From: a virus
Taxonomy: Duplodnaviria; Caudoviricetes
Virus record (IMG/VR): IMGVR_UViG_2602041781_000001
Coordinates: 1,767 to 65,766 of that record
Length of the DNA: 64,000 nucleotides
Reading direction: 5' to 3' (one strand)
Of the stretch, positions 36,094 through 45,044 are shown piece after piece (within the stretch, counting starts at the first letter, position 1; each line of letters starts with the position of its first letter). The position numbers and the translations under genes were made by a program. The notes under the pieces are model-generated. The model saw nothing but the letters and a program-made list of their open reading frames with translations. It searched no databases and was not told the DNA's origin.

Positions 36094-39000
36094 AAATCCT
36101 CCAATTCGATGAGGCTGACTTCCTCGGCCTGCACAGCGGAGCCGTGGCTGCCGCGGGCGATGCCGAGCACGTGGATGGCGGTGTTGGTGCCGACGTCGGC
36201 CAGCTCCTCGGCCAGGTCGGGGTAGAGGAACCGGTGGACGTAGATGTGGACCTCGGTGCCGTCCCCGTCCTCGGCGATGACGGTCGCCTTCGTCGAGATC
36301 TCCGGCTTGTCGACCTCCTCGCGGAGCTGCTCGATCGTCCGGCCGGTGCGCTTGCGAAGGCCTTCGAGGTGGTCCTTGATCTTCACCTCGCGGATCAGAC
36401 CGATGAATACCACCCGATCCCCATCGCTGTCGGCGAGCAGGTCGGCCGACGTCGAGCCACCGAGGAGCGCGAGGTCTCCGTCGGCGATCGCGGCCTCGAT
36501 GCTGTCGACAGCACGCGCGGCCCGGTTGATCCCGAACGGGTCCCGCGACTCGCACATCTGTTCGATCTTCGCGATGGTCTTGGCGCCGAGGCCCGGCACC
36601 CCCTGAGCGGGCTCGTCCGGCTTCGTCTTCCGGCCGGTCTTCGCCGCGACGTAGCGCATGTCGGCCCAGGTCTTGCCGAGCGCCTTGAAGTTGATCGGCT
36701 TGTCGGCCGGAGGAGGGCCGACCTCGCGGTCGCGCCACTCCAGCATCTTCATCCCGACCTTCTCGGCGATGCCGGGGATCTGGGTGAACCCGGCTCGAAC
36801 GGCCTTCTCTGGTCCGCGGCGGGAAGGCTCCCACGTCAACTGCGACCAAACGAGGTGCGGACCCTGCACACTGATGCCATGTCGCGTTGCATCCTGCATG
36901 AGGCCCAGCGCCTTATTCTCCTTCGGGTCGGTCTTGGCGTAGCGCAGCGCCGCGGCGTAGAACTCGGTGGGGTGGTAGAGCTTCAGCCAGGCCAGCCAGT
37001 AGCCGACGACGGCGTAGCACGCGGCGTGGGCGATGTTGAACAGGTAGCTCGATGACTTCGCCATGTAGTCCCACAGCTCTCGCGCATCGGCCTCGGGCAT
37101 CCCGATCTCGCGCTTCATACCGTCGCGGAACTCCTCCCAGAACGCCTCGAACGCGCCACCCTGCTTCTTCTTCCCGATGATCCGGCGCAGCGCGCCGACC
37201 CGGTGGCCAGGCATCCCGGCGACGCGGCCCATCCCCATCACCTGCTCCTGGTAGACCAGGCTGCCGTTGGTGTAGGCGAGCACTTCGTTGACCTCGGGGT
37301 ACCCCCAGTCGCGCGGCTCCTCCCGGTCCATCTCGACGCCCTCGTAGTGCGCGGTCTGGCCGGAGATGAGCGCGCCGGGCCGGGACAGCGCGTTGATGTC
37401 GACGAGGTGCTGGAAGGTGAGCTTGGACCCCGCGAGGTTGTTGACGATCCCGCGGGTGGTGCGGCCGTCGAACTGGAAGATGCCGGTCAGGTCTCCCTTG
37501 TCGAAGATCTCCTCGAAGACCCGCTCGTCGTCGCGTGGGAGCGCGTACATCTCGGTCCAGCTCATCCCGATCCAGCGCAGGCAGTCCGAGATCAGGTCGA
37601 GGGTCTCCAGGCTCAGGATGTCGAGCTTCAGCATCCCGAGGTACTCGGCGTCGCGCTTGTCGTAAGCGATACCCCGGCGGACCACTCCCTCCTTCGTCTC
37701 GGTGTAGATCGCGCACGTCTCAGCGATCGGTCGGGTCGAAATCACCAGCCCCGCGGCGTGGATGCCGAGTCCGCGGTAGTCGCCCTCGATCTCGGCGGCC
37801 ATCTTCAGCTCGGGGTACTTCTTCACGATCTGCTTGGCCCGGTCGAACGTGGCGATCGCATCGACGACCGAGAAGTCCTCGCGCGGGTCGCCGTCGTCGC
37901 GGTCGACGATCAGGTCCTTCAGCTCGAAGACCTCGGAGAAGTCCGAGAGCTGGTGTGCGCGAGCGACATCCTTGATCGCCGACTTTCCGCGGTACCGGCT
38001 GTAGTTGGTGATCTTCGCGGTGCGGTCGGCGCCGTACTTCTCGGTCGCGTAGTCGAAGATCTCCTGCCGACGGCGGGACTCGAAGTCGATGTCGATGTCG
38101 GGATCGTCCGGCCGGGAAGGGTCGATGAAGCGCTCGAACTGCATGAGCGGGAACTCCATCGGGTCAATCTCGGTGATGCGCAGGAGGTAGCAGATCTCCG
38201 ACCCGGCGGCCGACCCGCGGCCGGGACCGACACCGATGGGGTCGGGGTGGTCCTTGGCAAACCGGACGAGGTCCGCGGTGACCAGGAAGTAGTCGCAGAA
38301 CCCCTTCTCTTCGAGCAGGCCGAACTCGTAATGGATCTGGTCGAGGTACTCCTGGGTGCGGGTGTCCCAACGCTCGGCGAACCGAGGGTCGGTCTCCGCG
38401 CGGAACTCGATCCCGTCGTTGATCCACTGCTTCAGCCGGTCGGCCGCGCTCATCGGCTTGCCGCGAGAGACGAACACGACGCGCTCCGACTTCGGCAGCT
38501 CGACGGTGCAGCGGTCGGCGATCTCGCGCGCTCCGTCGAGTGCGGCGTTTGCCTCGGCGTCGCTCAGGAGGCAGTCGGCGAGCTTCTGCCGGACGGCGTC
38601 GTCGGACTCGGGGTAGGTCAGCCGGACGTCGTACTCCCAGTCGGCGTCCTGGGTCTCGATCGTGCCGCCGCGGTGCGCCGCGTGCAGCATCCGCTGGATG
38701 TGGTTCTGGTCCGGGTAGGGGTAGTGGACGTCGGCGGTGGCCACGAGCGGGACTCCGTCGGCGGCCGACACGTCGGCGAAGAACTGGTTCAGCAGCACGG
38801 TGCGATCCAGCTCGGGGAACATCTGGACTTCGAGGTAGAACCGGTCGCCGTAGCACCTCACGTAGCGATGGATCAGCGCGCGGGTCTCGTCGACGCTCTC
38901 GTCGTCCCAGTCCTCGCGCCGGTCCCCGAGGCTCTTGCCGCCGAGCAGGGTGCAGGAGATCCACGAGTCGGCGCACCCGCTGGTCACGATGAGGCCCTTG

Positions 39001-39371
39001 GTCAGCTCGGGGTCGAGGAGCTGGCGGGTGTAGAGCCGCGGCACGACGAAGCTCTGCTCGTAGGACAGGCCGACGAGCCGGTTGAGGTTGCGGTACCCCT
39101 CGGCGTTCATCGCGAGCACGGTCTGGTGGAAGTGCCGCCGGACGCGCAGCTCGGGACCGGTCGCGACGTCGAACTCGACGCCGAAGATCGGCTTGATGCC
39201 GAACTCGTTGGCGGCCTGTTCGAGCTGCACGTGCGACGAGAGATTCCGGTGCTCGGTGAGCCCGACGGCATCCATACCCAGCTCCTTCACCCGCTGGACG
39301 TGCGCGCGGGGTTTCCGGTAGCCGTCGCCGTGGGAGAACGAGCTGTGTGTGTGCAGGGAGACCCACTTCAC
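36090..39371 (-). CDS. dnaE: DNA polymerase III alpha subunit (DnaE-like)
   Basis: PHP domain HTHSSFS.GDG, GRGSAAGS, FERF, PDIDIDF, HAAG, KLDIL, FN.AHA..Y. Confidence 0.97.
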   Translation of the reverse strand: MKWVSLHTHSSFSHGDGYRKPRAHVQRVKELGMDAVGLTEHRNLSSHVQLEQAANEFGIKPIFGVEFDVATGPELRVRRHFHQTVLAMNAEGYRNLNRLVGLSYEQSFVVPRLYTRQLLDPELTKGLIVTSGCADSWISCTLLGGKSLGDRREDWDDESVDETRALIHRYVRCYGDRFYLEVQMFPELDRTVLLNQFFADVSAADGVPLVATADVHYPYPDQNHIQRMLHAAHRGGTIETQDADWEYDVRLTYPESDDAVRQKLADCLLSDAEANAALDGAREIADRCTVELPKSERVVFVSRGKPMSAADRLKQWINDGIEFRAETDPRFAERWDTRTQEYLDQIHYEFGLLEEKGFCDYFLVTADLVRFAKDHPDPIGVGPGRGSAAGSEICYLLRITEIDPMEFPLMQFERFIDPSRPDDPDIDIDFESRRRQEIFDYATEKYGADRTAKITNYSRYRGKSAIKDVARAHQLSDFSEVFELKDLIVDRDDGDPREDFSVVDAIATFDRAKQIVKKYPELKMAAEIEGDYRGLGIHAAGLVISTRPIAETCAIYTETKEGVVRRGIAYDKRDAEYLGMLKLDILSLETLDLISDCLRWIGMSWTEMYALPRDDERVFEEIFDKGDLTGIFQFDGRTTRGIVNNLAGSKLTFQHLVDINALSRPGALISGQTAHYEGVEMDREEPRDWGYPEVNEVLAYTNGSLVYQEQVMGMGRVAGMPGHRVGALRRIIGKKKQGGAFEAFWEEFRDGMKREIGMPEADARELWDYMAKSSSYLFNIAHAACYAVVGYWLAWLKLYHPTEFYAAALRYAKTDPKENKALGLMQDATRHGISVQGPHLVWSQLTWEPSRRGPEKAVRAGFTQIPGIAEKVGMKMLEWRDREVGPPPADKPINFKALGKTWADMRYVAAKTGRKTKPDEPAQGVPGLGAKTIAKIEQMCESRDPFGINRAARAVDSIEAAIADGDLALLGGSTSADLLADSDGDRVVFIGLIREVKIKDHLEGLRKRTGRTIEQLREEVDKPEISTKATVIAEDGDGTEVHIYVHRFLYPDLAEELADVGTNTAIHVLGIARGSHGSAVQAEEVSLIELEDL

Positions 39372-39667
39372 AGAAGACCCTCCCTCTTCAGCAGGATCTC
39401 GGCGTTTTCCCGCGCTACTCGCGAAAGGTGGGATGACGGGCGAGTCCGAGCGCGTAGGAACAGCTCATCCCGCAGCTTGGCCTGGCGTTTCTCGCTCTCG
39501 GTCAATCGATTCCACTGGGGTAGCGCGCGAGCCCGAATCCACCAGTGGCGATCCGGGTGCCCCTCTTTCAATCGGCAGACCAGGGTCCCTCCCGTCACGG
39601 AGTGTTCTTTGACGACGGGGCATGGCAAGTGCGGCTTCAAGATCGGGACGCGGTTCACGATGGTCAT
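39368..39667 (-). CDS. hypothetical protein
   Basis: GGAGG RBS; C...C...GH...H pattern. Confidence 0.65.
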   Translation of the reverse strand: MTIVNRVPILKPHLPCPVVKEHSVTGGTLVCRLKEGHPDRHWWIRARALPQWNRLTESEKRQAKLRDELFLRARTRPSSHLSRVARENAEILLKREGLL

Positions 39668-39715
39668 GGGTTCCTCCGAAAGTTGCTCGAAAATCCGCTG
39701 GAATGGCTGAGACCC

Positions 39716-39744
39716 AATGTAAGACTTGACGTCAAGGATGTCAA
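39716..39744 (-). promoter_or_regulatory. SigA-type promoter with TTGACGTCAA operator in the spacer (dnaE operon)
   Basis: TTGACA-17 bp-TACATT; CTTGACGTCAAG at 39725-39736. Confidence 0.85.
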
Positions 39745-39965
39745 GCCCAACTCGCGCCTCTGGAGCCGACCAGCCACTTCTTGAAGGTGATCATGTCGTG
39801 CTCCTCGGCCCATTTCCGCATCTCTTCGGGGTAGTCCGAGCACCCGCTCTCCTCGCGCTCGATCTCCTGCCGGTAGCGCTCCTGGCGGTATTCGTCGACC
39901 TGGCGAGCATGGTGGATCGAGCACTGGACATGGTCGGGAGTGCAGCGGAGGTGCCGCTCGATCAC
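39741..39965 (-). CDS. hypothetical protein
   Basis: 74 aa, coupled; ITFKKWL motif. Confidence 0.65.
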   Translation of the reverse strand: MIERHLRCTPDHVQCSIHHARQVDEYRQERYRQEIEREESGCSDYPEEMRKWAEEHDMITFKKWLVGSRGASWA

Positions 39966-40468
39966 GCCGGGTCGGTGCAGTCCGGACAGCCGCCGCCATC
40001 ACAGGTCGCGCAGGGGTGATACTGCGCCTGGGTCCGGTGTGCGGGGAGGGTCGGGAAGGCGATTTGTGCTTCGGCCTCGGCGTATGCGTCCAGGAGCCGG
40101 TCCTGGGGAGTGTCGGTCATCAGCTCATCGATCGCGGCGTGCAGCCGGTCGAAGGGGATGGCCCCGCTGATGGTCGTCGTCGACTCCCCGCGGCGGACGA
40201 GCATGATCGCCGGTGTCGAGGAGATCATGTGCTTCTCCAGGAACATCCGCAGCTCGGCCTGGAACGGACCCTCGGGAGGAGGCAGTGGCGCACCGGCGAA
40301 CCCGAGGTGTCGCCGACCCTTCGGGTAGCTCTCGATCGCGCTGAGCATGTAGTCGAACAGGTGTTCGGTCCGATCGCCGATGAGCAGAACCCAGCGGGTC
40401 CGGCCGGTGCGGCTCTCGATCTCCTCGATGACCTTGGGGTCGCGCAGGTCGAGGAAGTGATAGGTCAT
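39962..40468 (-). CDS. hypothetical protein (possible degenerate thioredoxin-like fold plus CxxC-CxxC tail)
   Basis: ISSTPAIMLVRRG...ISGA; C-terminal CATCDGGGCPDC; GAAAGG RBS. Confidence 0.6.
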   Translation of the reverse strand: MTYHFLDLRDPKVIEEIESRTGRTRWVLLIGDRTEHLFDYMLSAIESYPKGRRHLGFAGAPLPPPEGPFQAELRMFLEKHMISSTPAIMLVRRGESTTTISGAIPFDRLHAAIDELMTDTPQDRLLDAYAEAEAQIAFPTLPAHRTQAQYHPCATCDGGGCPDCTDPA

Positions 40469-40489
40469 GTGCAGGGCCTTTCAACGGGA

Positions 40490-40528
40490 GAAGCGGGTGG
40501 ACCGACCCCTCATCGGCCCACCCGCTTC
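40490..40528 (-). terminator. hairpin after SSB-like gene
   Basis: GAAGCGGGTGG...CCACCCGCTTC. Confidence 0.6.
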
Positions 40529-40540
40529 GGTGGTGGTGTA

Positions 40541-41419
40541 TCAGAACGCCGGACGGCGCTTCCGGCCAGCGGTCGCGGCGGCGGCCTTCTTGGCGGGGGC
40601 CTTCTTCGGCTCCGGCTCGGGCTCGGGCTCCGGATCGTCCTCGGGCTCGTCGTCCGGGTCGTAGACGACCTCCTCCTCGTCACCGTCGGCATCGACGTCG
40701 ACCGGCTCCGGATCATCCTCCTCGGGGTCCTCGACGACCTCCTCCTCGACGCTGTCCGCGTCGTCGTCGACCACTCCCTCCTCGATGTCCGCGTCGTCGA
40801 CGTCGATGGCCTCGGTGTCGTCGATGTCCACGTCGTCATCGTCGACGGCGCCCGGGACCTCGTGGTCGGCCGGATGGACGTCGTTGATGCGCAGCGAGCG
40901 CACGTTCTCGACCTTCACCTTGCCGTCGGCGCCCTTGGACTTGCGCTTGTAGTTGTCGTCGCGCGCCGAGACCACGACCGGCAGGCCCTTGAACTTCTTC
41001 CCGGACACGACGAGGTTGCCGATCTTCAGGATCTTCTCGCCCTTGTCGTCCATGATGGCGTCGCCACCCCAGAACTTCGAGCGCAGCGAGGTGTCCCCGG
41101 CGATGGCGTCGAGCAGCCGGTTGATCCGGCCGACGAACAGGTCGGCGTTCTCGTCACCCATGCTCTCCGGGATGACGATGCGCTCGAAGATGGCGTAGCC
41201 GTTGTACTTCGAGACCGGATCGTCCTTCGGCGCGTCGAACTCGACGACCGCGACGAGCAGATCCTTGTCCTTGGCCTTGTTCGGCTTGATGGACAGGTTC
41301 CGCACTTTCGCGCGGTAGATGCCCCGCGGGGGCACCTCGCCGACGTACTGACTGAATCCGGCGGTGGCCTCGACCTTTGCGGCCTCCGCACCGATTTTCA
41401 GCTTGAGCTTTGTGGCCAT
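40541..41419 (-). CDS. SSB-like protein with very long acidic tail
   Basis: YVGEVPPRGIYRAKV OB-like N-terminus; about 75-aa D/E tract; ends in F; next to Sak4-like ATPase. Confidence 0.65.
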   Translation of the reverse strand: MATKLKLKIGAEAAKVEATAGFSQYVGEVPPRGIYRAKVRNLSIKPNKAKDKDLLVAVVEFDAPKDDPVSKYNGYAIFERIVIPESMGDENADLFVGRINRLLDAIAGDTSLRSKFWGGDAIMDDKGEKILKIGNLVVSGKKFKGLPVVVSARDDNYKRKSKGADGKVKVENVRSLRINDVHPADHEVPGAVDDDDVDIDDTEAIDVDDADIEEGVVDDDADSVEEEVVEDPEEDDPEPVDVDADGDEEEVVYDPDDEPEDDPEPEPEPEPKKAPAKKAAAATAGRKRRPAF

Positions 41420-41435
41420 TCTGGATTGTCTCCCT

Positions 41436-42215
41436 CTACTCCGAGTCGACGGCGTTCGACGACTCGATGATCTGTGTGATGTCGGCAAGACCCTTGCCGA
41501 CGGTCCGGCGGCCGAGAGCGTCGAAACGGTCCTTGGCCATCCACTTCTTGTTGGGCTGCCACTCGATGACACGCATCGGCTTGACCCCCTTCGTGGTCTT
41601 CACGCTGTCGAAGTGCATGTAGCCGACCACGTGCATCTGAGCAGCGATCCAGTTCGCGACCTTGCCGTCGCGGCCGTGGAAGTTGGGCATCCGCAGACCC
41701 GGGTCGTCCTCGGCGAACATGGCGTGCGCGGTCCAGCAGATGTTCACCGGCAGGTCGTTGACCAGGGTGACGTAGCGCATGAGGCGCATCTGCTCCTCGC
41801 CGTACTCCTGGAGTTCGACCTTGTCCGGATTGCGCTCGTCGTCGGCGTCGACGTCGGCCTGGACGATGTCCCGGCGGATGTCGAGCTGGAGCTGCGTGCC
41901 GGTGTCGATGCAGACCCAGTCGAACGGGAACTTCTCGTCCCGAGTCGCGTCTTCGAGCCAGTTGTAGGCCTCCAGGAAGTTCGACCACTTCGGGCAGCGC
42001 CAGACCTTCGAGTTGCCCGGGGCCTTCTTCGCCGAGATCGTGCCGTTCTCGACACCGAGGATCAGGGCTCTCTCGGCGCTGCCGAGGAAGCGGGTCTTGC
42101 CGACGCCGGGATCTCCGTACAGCAGCATCGTGATGTTCTCGGTGTACTCCTGGATGTCGACGATGTCGTCGGGGAGATCGAACCCCTTCAGATCGTCCGC
42201 AGTCGCCGTGGCCAT
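41436..42215 (-). CDS. AAA_24 / Sak4-like ATPase (recombination)
   Basis: LLYGDPGVGKT, WVCIDT, TAH, AKDR motifs. Confidence 0.85.
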   Translation of the reverse strand: MATATADDLKGFDLPDDIVDIQEYTENITMLLYGDPGVGKTRFLGSAERALILGVENGTISAKKAPGNSKVWRCPKWSNFLEAYNWLEDATRDEKFPFDWVCIDTGTQLQLDIRRDIVQADVDADDERNPDKVELQEYGEEQMRLMRYVTLVNDLPVNICWTAHAMFAEDDPGLRMPNFHGRDGKVANWIAAQMHVVGYMHFDSVKTTKGVKPMRVIEWQPNKKWMAKDRFDALGRRTVGKGLADITQIIESSNAVDSE

Positions 42216-42232
42216 GTTCTCCTCTTGTCTGT

Positions 42233-42254
42233 GTTGACGTCAACCCTACCATAT
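42233..42254 (-). promoter_or_regulatory. extended -10 plus TTGACGTCAA operator upstream of the ATPase
   Basis: Minus strand ATATGGTAGGGTTGACGTCAAC followed by GAGGAG RBS. Confidence 0.7.
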
Positions 42255-42265
42255 GGCGCCGGGGA

Positions 42266-43447
42266 TCAGAAGTCGCCGCGCCGTTCCTCGCGATGAGCCT
42301 CGTAGGGATCACGCACGTGGTAGGCGACGGATTTGAGCAGCTCGGTGTCGCCGTCCTGCTCGTCGGCCAGGCATAGGTCGTAGAAGTCGCAGTCCCATGT
42401 GCAATCGCGCGTCGGGTTCTTGTACAGCGGCAACAGGCCCTCGCGCATGGCGTTCATCGTCTGGATTTCGTCGGCGATGTGCTGGATCTGTTTCCGGCGC
42501 TCCTTCGAGGTCCGGTAGACCGGCTCTCGGTGGAACCGCGGGCTCGGCTGCTTCGTCGAGACGTCGCCGAGCACCGTCAGGCCGTGCTCCTCGGCCTCTT
42601 CGATCAGATCCGGCAGCTTCGACTTCTGAAGCTCCTTCTCCATCTCCGGTCCGATCGTCTCGACCCAGAGCTTCTCGCCCGACGCGGCGACCTCGCGCTT
42701 GGCGTGGAACTCCATCAGCGCGGCCACGAAGTGCTTCTTCGTCGGCTTGTTCGTCGCGCGACCCTGCTCGTCAACCGGTCGCTCGTCCGGCGGGGCTTTC
42801 ATCAGGAAGTTGTAGAGGATCCCGGACAGCCGTTCCCGGCCGGTGATCACTCCCTGGCGCCGGAGGACGTTGTCGGCGACGGCCCAGTACCCGCCAGCCT
42901 GGTCGTCGAGAGGGAGGTGGTTGGTCTTGATCGAGCGCGCCGTCTTGTGGTCCCAGAGCCAGATCTTGCCGGTGCCGAGGTTGCGCGCGACGATGTCGAA
43001 GGTGCCGTGGAACTTGGCCACCGGGGTCCGGTCGGCTGCGTTCCGCGGAATCCGGACGCCGAAGGGCTGCTCGGGGGAGAGCACCTCCCACTCCTCGTCC
43101 TGGCCGAACTCGACGAGGTAGTTCTCCAGCATCGCCTCGCCGACGGCCTCGGCATCGAGCACGACGTGCTCCTGGTCGGCGTAGAGCGAGCCCGACATGA
43201 TCTCGACCCGGACCAGCTCCATGACCCCCTGGCAGTACTCCTTCCAGGTCTCGATCGGGTCGCGACCACGGGTGGTGCCCGGGATGTACCAGTGCTCGAA
43301 GGCCAGGTGGATGCCGGTGCCGAACCACAGCGGGAGCTTCTTCCGGTTCGACTCCAGGCCCTCTCGCCAGGCCCACCACCAACGTTGCGGGCACCGCTTG
43401 AAGTCCTTGCGCTCGGACCCGCGGAGCAGCGGGAGGTCAGAGGTCAT
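42266..43447 (-). CDS. Cas4/RecB-like PD-(D/E)xK exonuclease
   Basis: S...FKRCP, FGTGIH, GTFD, WDHKT, Q...Y, C.WDCDFYDLC. Confidence 0.88.
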   Translation of the reverse strand: MTSDLPLLRGSERKDFKRCPQRWWWAWREGLESNRKKLPLWFGTGIHLAFEHWYIPGTTRGRDPIETWKEYCQGVMELVRVEIMSGSLYADQEHVVLDAEAVGEAMLENYLVEFGQDEEWEVLSPEQPFGVRIPRNAADRTPVAKFHGTFDIVARNLGTGKIWLWDHKTARSIKTNHLPLDDQAGGYWAVADNVLRRQGVITGRERLSGILYNFLMKAPPDERPVDEQGRATNKPTKKHFVAALMEFHAKREVAASGEKLWVETIGPEMEKELQKSKLPDLIEEAEEHGLTVLGDVSTKQPSPRFHREPVYRTSKERRKQIQHIADEIQTMNAMREGLLPLYKNPTRDCTWDCDFYDLCLADEQDGDTELLKSVAYHVRDPYEAHREERRGDF

Positions 43448-43781
43448 CGGCGATCTTCTTCAGCTCGCCGCGGGCCTGAGCGAGCGCGGCCCGGTACCGG
43501 ATCTTGGCCGACTCCAGGCGCAGGTAGGTCAGGTTGTTCTTCTTCGGATCACCGTCGTCGATCAGGACGAGATCCCCGAGGTCGAAGGCCGGGTAGTCGT
43601 CGCTGTTCAGGTCGAGTTTCGGCTGTCGGCTCCAGATACCGGGGTCGATCCGATAGGCCCGGTCCTGCCACCAGATGTGCGACGGCGTACCGGGGTGATG
43701 CTCATCGAGGTAGAGGAACTCGATCGAGGGCCACTGGATCACCGCATGGTGGGTGTAGAGCGCGGGGATGGGCTCAGTCAT
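43437..43781 (-). CDS. hypothetical protein
   Basis: 114 aa in the leftward operon. Confidence 0.65.
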   Translation of the reverse strand: MTEPIPALYTHHAVIQWPSIEFLYLDEHHPGTPSHIWWQDRAYRIDPGIWSRQPKLDLNSDDYPAFDLGDLVLIDDGDPKKNNLTYLRLESAKIRYRAALAQARGELKKIADDL

Positions 43782-44118
43782 TCGACACCAGCCAGGACTC
43801 GACCACGATCATCACGATGCGGTCCTTGTTGAGAGCGAACACGGTGCCCTTCTCGCCCGAGTTCCCGGCGTCCCCGTTGCCGACGGGGCCGATGTTGTAC
43901 CAGTCGTCGTCTCGGGTGGTTCCGTCCACCTTCAGCGGGAGCACGTAGAGAAGACCCGGGACCGAAGGGGATGGCTCCACCTCGTGCCCGATGACCTTGA
44001 AATGGTGTCCCCCGACACCGTTTTCGACAGTGATAGTTGAGAGGATCGGGGAGACTCGACCGATTGAGCCCTCGGCCCACTTCTTCACGGCAGGAGACAG
44101 AGCGTGCTTTTTGCCCAT
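43774..44118 (-). CDS. hypothetical protein
   Basis: ATG 44118 after GAAAGGA; TACCGT -10 upstream. Confidence 0.7.
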   Translation of the reverse strand: MGKKHALSPAVKKWAEGSIGRVSPILSTITVENGVGGHHFKVIGHEVEPSPSVPGLLYVLPLKVDGTTRDDDWYNIGPVGNGDAGNSGEKGTVFALNKDRIVMIVVESWLVSND

Positions 44119-44155
44119 GTTAGTTTTCCTTTCCACAGCAGCGTCGTCGACGGTA

Positions 44156-44332
44156 TCAGGTCATCCGGACAGGGGTGGGGTTCTCCCGACCGCAGTCCAG
44201 GCAGACCTTGACCCCGAGGTGAACGACCCCGGCAGGCTCACCGTTCACCGTGGCGGGGTTCGTGCGCAGGTACTTCACCTGGGTCCGAGGGTGCTTGCAG
44301 CGCCGGGATGCGCGACGCTCGGCCCGGTTCAC
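44156..44332 (-). CDS. small zinc-finger-like protein
   Basis: NRAERRA start, CKH...CLDCG; GTGA-coupled. Confidence 0.6.
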   Translation of the reverse strand: MNRAERRASRRCKHPRTQVKYLRTNPATVNGEPAGVVHLGVKVCLDCGRENPTPVRMT

Positions 44333-44700
44333 TCGGTCACCGACGGGAATGCGCCGCGGAACACGTGCCAGACGAGCCCGCCGTCCCGGATCGTCGCGAT
44401 GTAGGCCTCCATCGCCATGTAGACGTTCTCGTACCCCGAGGACTCTCGCCCCTCGGGAATCGGGTGCTCGACGCATCCGCGGATACGCTCCTCGTGCAGC
44501 GGGTGGCCGGTGCCGCGGATCTCGATCGGGACGTACTCGAAAGAGTCCGGGTGGGTCTCGACGATCATCCAAATGTCGACTTGCGGATACCCCGGATTCG
44601 GGTGCATCTGCGCGTCGAGGATGCCGATGACCGTGGCGCCGACGACCCGGATCTGTTGGCTGTCTTCGACGGGAATGGTGAACTTCCAGATGGTTCTCAT
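44329..44700 (-). CDS. conserved-type phage hypothetical protein
   Basis: MRTIWKF...GTGH...YIAT...GGLVWHVF. Confidence 0.75.
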   Translation of the reverse strand: MRTIWKFTIPVEDSQQIRVVGATVIGILDAQMHPNPGYPQVDIWMIVETHPDSFEYVPIEIRGTGHPLHEERIRGCVEHPIPEGRESSGYENVYMAMEAYIATIRDGGLVWHVFRGAFPSVTE

Positions 44701-45044
44701 TCGATCTCTCCTGCGTCGGGAAGCAGCTCGACCGCTGCTTGAATCAAATCCGCTAGTTCCGAATGGCCCTCATGGCGTAATCCGTCCAGGTCAGAGGCCC
44801 TCTCAAAGTCTCCGAACCGGTAGTGCGTGGACCGGTCACTGACGGTCCCGTCCTTCAATACCCGAGGCCCTTCGAGGAACCAATGGGTGTGGAACTTGCC
44901 GATCCCGCGGAGTCCGTGGAATCGGCGACTCCGGCTGATACTCAGGTGTTCCGGGACGAGTGAAATGGCCCGGGCTCCGACGATCTGCTCCCGGTGGTTT
45001 TCGACTCGGAATCGGCTCTTGAACTCGATCGTGTGGAGCTTCAT
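44697..45044 (-). CDS. hypothetical protein
   Basis: ATGA-coupled on both sides; GPRVLKDG motif. Confidence 0.65.
   Translation of the reverse strand: MKLHTIEFKSRFRVENHREQIVGARAISLVPEHLSISRSRRFHGLRGIGKFHTHWFLEGPRVLKDGTVSDRSTHYRFGDFERASDLDGLRHEGHSELADLIQAAVELLPDAGEIE

Noticed and set aside
31079-39371. Inteins or introns in primase or DnaE
   Set aside because: Lengths are normal, with no intein splice motifs or LAGLIDADG-type insertions visible.
42266-43447. Cas4-like gene as evidence of a CRISPR-Cas system
   Set aside because: No cas1, cas2 or array; solo Cas4-like nucleases are common in phage recombination modules.
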